From Candidatus Latescibacterota bacterium (lineage in GTDB: Bacteria > Latescibacterota > UBA2968 > GCA-2709665), in assembly GCA_965222075.1 (NCBI GenBank), contig OZ244937.1, positions 3,488,001-3,552,000 on the forward strand: a stretch of 64,000 bases of DNA, given 5' to 3'. The position numbers and the translations under genes are program-made. Each line of letters opens with the position of its first letter. Positions within the stretch are counted from its first letter, which is position 1. The notes below the pieces were generated by a model that did no database searches, was not told the DNA's origin, and was given only the letters and a program-made list of their open reading frames with translations. Of the stretch, positions 57,603 through 64,000 are shown piece by piece.

Positions 57603-58487
57603 TTACTGTACAATTTCCGTTCCGATCCCTTCGCGTGTGAATATCTCCAACAACAATGCATGCGGCACCCGCCCGTCGATGATGTGCGTCTTATGCACTC
57701 CGCCCTTCACCGACCGCACGCACGCCTGGAGCTTGGGGATCATCCCTCCTCCCGCCGTTCCGTCCTGAAGTAGGGCATCCACATCGTTGATGTGCAGCGT
57801 GGAAATCAGGGAATCCGGATCTGAGCTGTCCTGCAAAATCCCGTTCACATCGGTCAGGAAAACCAGCTTCTCCGCCTGCAGCGCCCGGGCGATCTCTCCG
57901 GCCGCCGTATCGGCATTCACGTTGTAACCCTTTCCGTCCGGCCCCACCCCAATCGGCGTAATCACCGGAATCGTCCCCTCCTCGCAGGCTACCCGGATCG
58001 GATCGGGTTCGATCCGGTCCACATCGCCCACAAACCCGATATCTACCGCCACCGTCTTTCCACCTACCTCCACCTGCGCACCATGCCGAATCACGTGCAT
58101 AATCCCCGCATCTTTTGCCGACATCCCCCGCGCCTTTCCGTCCAGAACCTCAATCCCCTCCACAATCCGCCGGTTCACCACCCCAAACAGCGTATCTTCC
58201 ACCACCTGCATCGTCTCCTCATCGGTCACCCTCAAGCCGTTCACCCACACCGTCTCCACGCCCGCCTCGGCCAGCCGCCGGCTGATCTCCTTGCCCCCGC
58301 CGTGCACCACCACCGGCCGCATCCCCACCGTCTCCATAAATACCAGATCGGCTAAGATCGTGGCCGATCCTCCCTCGTCCGGCTGTGTGCTCCCCCCGTA
58401 TTTCACCACCACAATCTTGTCCCGAAACGACCGGATATAGGGAAACGCCTCCACCAGCGTGGCGGCCTTTTCAATAATTTTTTCCAT
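57603..58487 (-). CDS. argB: Acetylglutamate kinase
   Basis: VVKYGG, VHGGG, GLRVTD, NVNAD, GGMIPK. Confidence 0.97.
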   Translation of the reverse strand: MEKIIEKAATLVEAFPYIRSFRDKIVVVKYGGSTQPDEGGSATILADLVFMETVGMRPVVVHGGGKEISRRLAEAGVETVWVNGLRVTDEETMQVVEDTLFGVVNRRIVEGIEVLDGKARGMSAKDAGIMHVIRHGAQVEVGGKTVAVDIGFVGDVDRIEPDPIRVACEEGTIPVITPIGVGPDGKGYNVNADTAAGEIARALQAEKLVFLTDVNGILQDSSDPDSLISTLHINDVDALLQDGTAGGGMIPKLQACVRSVKGGVHKTHIIDGRVPHALLLEIFTREGIGTEIVQ

Positions 58488-58490
58488 ATC

Positions 58491-59444
58491 TTAAACCGTG
58501 CTGTAGGCCCCCCCAATCCCGTACAGCCTCGGAAGCCCCTGCATCAGATTCATATTCTCCACCGCCTGGCTGGCGGCCCCTTTGCCCAGATTGTCCTCCA
58601 TCGAACAGAGGTAGGCAAACCCCTCATCCACCCCCAACTTAATCAGCAATCTGTGAGTCCCCACCACATCCCGGGTGCCCCACTGCACCTCCTCTGAATC
58701 CTCTACGGCCTCCACCAGGTCTTCCGCCCCGTATGCCGCTTCTATCGCCTCGCGTAGCCGCTCCTCGGCCTCTGCCCCCGAAAGCGCCTTCAGGTCGTCG
58801 GCCAACTCAATCCGGATATTCGTATTGATCCCTGAAAACACCGACCGCAGCACAATCGGCGTAAAATTTACCTCAAACCTGGAATACAACTCCATCTCCG
58901 GAACGTGTTTGTGTCTTCTCCCGTAACTGTACGTCACCTCGTTCGAGTCCGCCTCAACCTCCCGCCGCGCCCCCGAATTCCCCGATGTCGCCACCACCGT
59001 CGCCTGCCCCTGCACCAGCCCCTTCAGAGGCCGCAGAGCCAGGATCACACTTGTGGGGTAACAGCCCGGATTCGCCACCAGCCGCGCGCCGGCAATCTCA
59101 TCCCTATAAAGCGCCGGCATCCCATAGACCGCCTCCTTCAACAGCCCCGGGGCCTTGTGCTCCAGGTGGTACCACGCCTCAAACGTTTCCTTCGGCAGCC
59201 GGAACGCCCCGCTGATATCGATCGCCTTCTTCCCCGTCTCCATCACCTGGGGCGCGAACGCCATCGACTCGGGGTCCCTGGTTGCCAGAAAGACAAGATC
59301 GCAGTCTTCCAGCCTCCCTTCCTGCCGCTTCGAATTCTGCCGGAACACGATCTCGGACCGGTCATGGTGGTTCAGGGTCTTCTCAATCTCCTGGCCCACC
59401 ATGCCCGTATCGCCGAAAATACCGACCCGAATCATCTCTCTCAA
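58491..59444 (-). CDS. argC: N-acetyl-gamma-glutamyl-phosphate reductase
   Basis: GDTGMVG, DISGAFR, ANPGCYPT, SGNSGA, HKHVPE, DNLGKGAASQA. Confidence 0.93.
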   Translation of the reverse strand: MREMIRVGIFGDTGMVGQEIEKTLNHHDRSEIVFRQNSKRQEGRLEDCDLVFLATRDPESMAFAPQVMETGKKAIDISGAFRLPKETFEAWYHLEHKAPGLLKEAVYGMPALYRDEIAGARLVANPGCYPTSVILALRPLKGLVQGQATVVATSGNSGARREVEADSNEVTYSYGRRHKHVPEMELYSRFEVNFTPIVLRSVFSGINTNIRIELADDLKALSGAEAEERLREAIEAAYGAEDLVEAVEDSEEVQWGTRDVVGTHRLLIKLGVDEGFAYLCSMEDNLGKGAASQAVENMNLMQGLPRLYGIGGAYSTV

Positions 59445-59917
59445 ATCTCCCCGGTAATCTCTCGGATCTTATCCCGAAGCGCCTCACGCACGGCCGCGGA
59501 ACGGCAGAGAATAAAAATCGTATTCTCCCCGGCAACCGTACCCACAACCTCGGCCCACCCGGCCTGATCGACCGCCTCGCACACCCCCTGAGCGTGGCCC
59601 GTAATCGTCTTTATCACCAGCATATTCTCTGCCCCATCCACTCCAACCACAAAATCCGTCAACTCCCGCCGGAGCAGATCCTCTCCCTGAATGAACCTCC
59701 GTCCCCCCTCTGTTGGCGCCCGGTACCGGAACCCCCCGTCCCCATCCGGCACCTTAACCACGCCCAGTTCCTTCATATCCTTTGAAAGCGTGGACTGGGT
59801 CGTCGAAATCCCGACCTCCTTCAAGGCCCGGTTCAACGCCTCCTGCTTCCCGATGGGACGGGACGCGATCAGGTCCAGGATTTTCCGACGGCGTCTCTGT
59901 TTTTCGTTCATGGCCAT
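59441..59917 (-). CDS. argR: Arginine repressor
   Basis: TQSTLSKDMKEL HTH, IKTITG.A, GTVAGENTI. Confidence 0.95.
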   Translation of the reverse strand: MAMNEKQRRRRKILDLIASRPIGKQEALNRALKEVGISTTQSTLSKDMKELGVVKVPDGDGGFRYRAPTEGGRRFIQGEDLLRRELTDFVVGVDGAENMLVIKTITGHAQGVCEAVDQAGWAEVVGTVAGENTIFILCRSAAVREALRDKIREITGEI

Positions 59918-59967
59918 AAAAAGTGGATAAATTCTCGTTTTTTATTCTACTAACCCGACTATTTCAG

Positions 59968-60010
59968 AATATATATCAGTTTTTGCCGAATGTCAAGAAT
60001 AAAAATCATT
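59968..60010 (-). promoter_or_regulatory. arg operon sigma70 promoter with overlapping ARG-box-like sites
   Basis: Minus strand TTGACA (59996-59991)-N17-TATATT (59973-59968); AT-rich imperfect palindromes TGATTTTTATTC and TGATATATATTC overlap -35 and -10. Confidence 0.7.
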
Positions 60011-60134
60011 TGGATGTAACTCACTATCCAGTGGCTCTGTAAGTATGTGAGTCATCAAAGTTTAGTTCGCTATAGAGGCGTTCTTTTTCCGCGGCAGTGT
60101 AATGGTCCCAAAATCCATCCCAATCTTCATTGAG

Positions 60135-60165
60135 ACCTGTCTGCCGTTGGCACAGGCAGGCAGGT
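60135..60165. repeat. Small palindromic element CCTGTCTGCC...GGCAGGCAGG
   Basis: ACCTGTCTGCC-GTTGGCACA-GGCAGGCAGGT. Confidence 0.55.
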
Positions 60166-60468
60166 GGCTCTCAGGATCCAAAATGGCCTGTGTGCTTTCC
60201 CAGGGGATTGCGTTGCCCTACCTGAGCAGCCAACCAGGCAAAGGTGGTCTCTTTCTCTGCGATCAGATCGGCACGAATGATACACAATTCCACACTGATG
60301 TCAAGCGGCGAACAGCCGCCAACCGGCCGATCTGATTTTTTGTGAGGGGGGTTGACTTTCAAGGTAGTTATGCCGATACTTTAAAGGTACTTAGGCCCAA
60401 CCGGATGCGTCTTTCAGGACCCTATTTCCCACCATCTTATAGGTGCAGATAGGGCAACCATAATTTTC

Positions 60469-60497
60469 TTGACATCGTCAATTAAATGCACTATATC
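60469..60497 (+). promoter_or_regulatory. Sigma70-type promoter upstream of the RpoD-family gene
   Basis: TTGACA-N17-TATATC; a second candidate TTGACT-N17-GATACT lies at 60352-60380. Confidence 0.55.
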
Positions 60498-60604
60498 ACA
60501 CACCAATTACATTCATCTTTCATGCCGCATCTGCCTTTCAATAGTCGCACCAAACAATCCCCAGACGTATTCAATCCACACCTCAACTATTCGAGGTGAT
60601 CACC

Positions 60605-61468
60605 GTGGCGAGAGTTGTCGGCATCGCTTTTGAAGACGTCAAAGACTCCCTGCATCGTTATCTGGAAGATGTGGCAGCCTCCCAACCCCTCACGGCCAAG
60701 GAGGAAGTCGCCCTCGCGCGCCGGATCAAAAAAGGCGATATGAAGGCCCGTGCAAAACTGGTAGAGGCCAATCTGCGATTTGTCATCACCGTTGCGCGGG
60801 AATACCAGAACCAGGGCGTCCCCCTGGTGGACCTCATCAGTGCCGGAAACATCGGGCTGATTACAGCCGCAGAGCGCTTCGACGAAACCAAGGGATTCAA
60901 ATTTATTTCCTATGCGGTCTGGTGGATCCGGCAGTCCATCCTGCAGACCCTGGCAGAGCACTCCCGCGTGGTGCGTCTCCCACTGAACCGGGTAGACCTC
61001 CTGCGCAGGATCTCTCGCTATACCAACAGCCGGCAACAGGAGACGTCTGTTCGTCCCGCAGAAGAAGAGATCGCCAAGGAACTCGGCATCTCGGTCGAGC
61101 AGGTCGTGGATACCCTCACCAGCGGTCAGCGTATCCTCTCTCTCGACGCCACCTTTGGAGACGATGACGAAAACAGCCTGCTGGAAATCATGCCCGACGA
61201 AAACCAGGAATCTCCCGACACACTCCTCCTGAAAAACGCTCTCGAAGAAGAAATCGAAACCGCCCTCAGCACCCTCGAAGAACGGGAGCAGGAGGTCATC
61301 CGGCTCTATTTCGGCCTGGGCGGATCGCCCGAAATGACCCTGGAAGAAATCGGCATCCAGTTCAGACTCACAAGGGAACGCGTGCGTCAAATCAAAGAAA
61401 AGGCGCTCCACAAGCTGCGCCATCCCACGCGCGGGCGGAAACTCATTCCCTACTCAGATGAGATCTGA
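60605..61468 (+). CDS. RpoD/SigA-family sigma factor lacking region 1.1
   Basis: DSLHRYL, LVEANLRFV, DLISAGNIGL, KFISYAVWWIRQ, TLEEIG..F.LTRERVRQIKEKAL. Confidence 0.95.
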   Translation: MARVVGIAFEDVKDSLHRYLEDVAASQPLTAKEEVALARRIKKGDMKARAKLVEANLRFVITVAREYQNQGVPLVDLISAGNIGLITAAERFDETKGFKFISYAVWWIRQSILQTLAEHSRVVRLPLNRVDLLRRISRYTNSRQQETSVRPAEEEIAKELGISVEQVVDTLTSGQRILSLDATFGDDDENSLLEIMPDENQESPDTLLLKNALEEEIETALSTLEEREQEVIRLYFGLGGSPEMTLEEIGIQFRLTRERVRQIKEKALHKLRHPTRGRKLIPYSDEI

Positions 61469-61496
61469 AGCACCGATCAAAGAATTCAAAAAACAC

Positions 61497-61539
61497 AAAG
61501 AGGGACAAACCGGCCTCAAAGCCAGTCGTCCCTCTTTTT
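61497..61539. terminator. Bidirectional terminator-like hairpin
   Basis: AAAGAGGGAC...GTCCCTCTTTTT between convergent genes. Confidence 0.65.
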
Positions 61540-61595
61540 ATTGTCAAACGACAATCCGAAATCTGCAATTCTCTGCTTCGCGCTTCGCACCTGTG

Positions 61596-62435
61596 TTAAA
61601 GACTTTGAAGCTCCGCCGCCGAAGCCCACAGCAGCGGAACGACCAGGTCCTCCTCCACAGAACCATCGTGAGTCCCCAGGTCTCCCTCCCTGTTATCGCT
61701 CCCTCCCGGCGCCTCGTGCAGCCCGTGGTCCGCCAGCACCATGAGCGCATAACCGGCCTCTCCCAAAAAGGCAAAAAAATTCTTTAAACGGCGGTCCATC
61801 TCCAACGCTGCGTGTGTAACCTCGGCCGTATACGGGCCATAGGCGTGACTGGTCTCATCGATATCGATCAGATGAACAAAGGCAAACGCAGGTTGGTGGG
61901 CGCGCACCAAATCGGGAACCCGATCGTAAATCTCGGCATCTTCCCTATCTTCGGCCAAAACCGTTTGATCCGCATACCGATCCAGCGGAATACCCTCCAC
62001 GTCCCTCCTGTGAACCGCCAGAAAGGTTTCCCGCCTGGCATCGCGCACCCTGTCGAAAACGGTATCAAGCTGAGGAGCGTTTGCAACCCGAACCATATCC
62101 TCCAGATTGACCACACCGTGGTTTTCAGGAGAGACCCCGGTTAGCATCGTGGAGAGGCAGATGTACGTCAGGGAAGGCAAAACCGACGAGATATCCAGAC
62201 GGTGCAACCCGGCAAGCCGATTCAGCGTGGGAACGGCATGCTCAACGTGCAACCAGAGGGCCGATCCAAACCCGTCAATAACCACCAGAACGAGCCGTTC
62301 GGCCGAAGGAAGCGTATCTAAGACTTCGGCAACCGGCCCCACCTCGGCCCCCCGGGGGACGGGGACGTCTAAGATCTGCGCCACCGTAGGAGAAATCGCA
62401 CGCAGATCGTAACCATCCAACACTGACACGCTCAA
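61596..62435 (-). CDS. Alkaline phosphatase / nucleotide pyrophosphatase superfamily protein
   Basis: VVIDGFG, PSLTY, TGVSPENHG, DIDETSHAYG, LADHG. Confidence 0.85.
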   Translation of the reverse strand: MSVSVLDGYDLRAISPTVAQILDVPVPRGAEVGPVAEVLDTLPSAERLVLVVIDGFGSALWLHVEHAVPTLNRLAGLHRLDISSVLPSLTYICLSTMLTGVSPENHGVVNLEDMVRVANAPQLDTVFDRVRDARRETFLAVHRRDVEGIPLDRYADQTVLAEDREDAEIYDRVPDLVRAHQPAFAFVHLIDIDETSHAYGPYTAEVTHAALEMDRRLKNFFAFLGEAGYALMVLADHGLHEAPGGSDNREGDLGTHDGSVEEDLVVPLLWASAAELQSL

Positions 62436-63814
62436 CCCCTTTCTCCGGCAAGCACGGCAACCCGGTCCTTAAACAAACGCCCCCGCTCCTCGAAATTTCG
62501 AAACATATCGTAGCTCGCAGAAGCGGGAGATAAGAGAACCGCGCCCCCCGGCCGAGCCAGTTCCGCCGCCGTTGCGACGGCTTCTTCAAGAGAAATCACC
62601 CGGTGAATTCGCGTTGGCGCCTCCCCTGGAACCGAAGCCGCAATCGCATCGGCCGTCTTACCCAGAAGGATCAAATCGGAGACCTTCTGGCCGATCACCA
62701 GCCCCAGCGCGCCAAACGCGAGCCCCTTGTCGTACCCCCCCGCAATCAGAACAATCCCCCCCGACAATGCCTCCAGAGCCACCCGGGTCCGGTCCGGGCT
62801 TGTGGCGACCGAATCGTTGTAATAGGTCACCCCTCCGATTTCCACAACCCGCTCCAAGCGGTGTTCTACCCCAGGAAAAGAACGGAGCGCCTCTGCGATT
62901 TCCCGTTCGGGAACGCCCCTGCACAGCGCAGCGGCCGAAGCCGCAAGGGCGTTCGCCAGATTGTGCCGTCCCGTGATCTGGAGATCGGAGGTCGGACCGA
63001 CCGTCCGCTCTGGCCCCTCGAACGTATGCCGGATCTCCCCTTCCCGGATGAAGACCCCCCGCTCCAGCCCGCTCTCTAAGCTGAAGAGCAGGCACCTCCC
63101 CTCCCCTGAATCCGCCCAGCCGATCACCTCTGTGTCGTCCGCATTCAGCACTGCCCAATCCTCCCGGCGCTGGTAAGCCACAATCTGGCGCTTGGCATGC
63201 CGGTAAGCCTCTAAAGACCCGTGTACATCTAAGTGGTTGGGCGCAAAGTTGGTCACCACGGCAATCTGCGGGCTCCAGGACAAATCGCCCAGCCGGTCCA
63301 GTTGGAAGCTGGAAAGTTCCAGCACAACGGAACGATCCGGCGTAATCTCGTCCAGCCGGTCCAGCAGGGACCCGCCGATATTACCCCCCACCAGCGCATG
63401 CGGAGCGCCCCTTCGGAGCATCGCCCCCACAAGAGACGTCGTCGTCGTTTTCCCGCTGCTGCCCGTTACCCCCACAACCGGCGCAGCACAGCATTCCACA
63501 AAAAGGCAAACCTCGGTCGTAATCGGCACATCGGCCGCTTCGGCTGTCTGGAGAAAAGGGGAAGAGCGGGGTACGGCCGGATTGGCCACAATCAGATCCG
63601 CCTGCCGAAAATCCTCCTCATCGTGTCCACCCAGCCTGAAACGCACGGGTAGCCCCTCCAGAACCCCCAGCGATTCGGAAAGGTCATGGGCCGGCCGTAA
63701 GTCCGTTACCGTAACCCGGGCGCCCTCCCTGTAGAGGTAGCGTACGGCGCCCACGCCTCCCCCAAACAGTCCCAGCCCCATCACCAGTACCCGCCGTCCC
63801 TTGAGAGGCATCAC
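62432..63814 (-). CDS. murD: UDP-N-acetylmuramoyl-L-alanine--D-glutamate ligase
   Basis: VMGLG, TGSSGKTTT, GGNIG, LELSSFQL, NHLD.H, EHRLE, YNDS, LSPASASYDMFRNFEERG. Confidence 0.97.
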   Translation of the reverse strand: MMPLKGRRVLVMGLGLFGGGVGAVRYLYREGARVTVTDLRPAHDLSESLGVLEGLPVRFRLGGHDEEDFRQADLIVANPAVPRSSPFLQTAEAADVPITTEVCLFVECCAAPVVGVTGSSGKTTTTSLVGAMLRRGAPHALVGGNIGGSLLDRLDEITPDRSVVLELSSFQLDRLGDLSWSPQIAVVTNFAPNHLDVHGSLEAYRHAKRQIVAYQRREDWAVLNADDTEVIGWADSGEGRCLLFSLESGLERGVFIREGEIRHTFEGPERTVGPTSDLQITGRHNLANALAASAAALCRGVPEREIAEALRSFPGVEHRLERVVEIGGVTYYNDSVATSPDRTRVALEALSGGIVLIAGGYDKGLAFGALGLVIGQKVSDLILLGKTADAIAASVPGEAPTRIHRVISLEEAVATAAELARPGGAVLLSPASASYDMFRNFEERGRLFKDRVAVLAGERG

Positions 63815-63999
63815 CGATCTTGCCCCTCCAGCATAACAACCAGCACCTCGGCCATCGTGATCAAATCCAGCGCATTGTGGTGCAGAATTTCCCGCATCTG
63901 AACCGCATTGCCCGTCTGCACAAACCGGTGGTAGGCGTCCGGAATTTCCGCCCCCGGAATATCGTCGTAACGGACGCGCCTGCAGATATACCGCTCCAG
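63811..63999 (-). CDS. C-terminus of a YprB/MrfB-like RNase H-fold exonuclease (partial)
   Basis: LERYICRRVRYDDIPGAEIPDAYHRF...ILHHNALDLITM; GTGA overlap with the murD start; not in the ORF track. Confidence 0.8.
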   Translation of the reverse strand: MERYICRRVRYDDIPGAEIPDAYHRFVQTGNAVQMREILHHNALDLITMAEVLVVMLEGQDR

Positions 64000-64000
64000 C

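Overview
GC-rich bacterial chromosomal segment. The gene content (Bacteroidetes-style LptD, DUF4159/DUF4175/MoxR/DUF58 cluster, short RpoD-family sigma, many Gfo/Idh/MocA, PQQ-propeller and ceramidase-like enzymes) suggests an FCB-superphylum or Latescibacteria-like lineage; this is inference. Layout: 0-13.5 kb catabolic genes plus glcB and fabD; two convergent tRNA-Leu genes flanking an Nramp-like transporter and lysA; a 17-36 kb housekeeping block (lptD, dtd, maf, rodZ-like, priA, flippase, MoxR cluster); a 37-47.5 kb accessory island; then an SDR/DUF309/gamma-CA cluster, an ECF sigma fusion, the argRCBDGH operon, an RpoD-family sigma and murD. Two features stand out. (1) The island is an integron gene-cassette array with no integrase in the window (CALIN-like): three intact attC sites, at least one decayed one, two ANT(6)/AadK-family genes, and an inverted ECF sigma/anti-sigma cassette whose ends are exact 9-bp complements. 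(2) An ECF sigma factor is fused to two tandem bifunctional-nuclease (DUF151) domains with complementary motif loss, plus an Ig-like tail. All calls were made by eye from motifs; no database searches were run.
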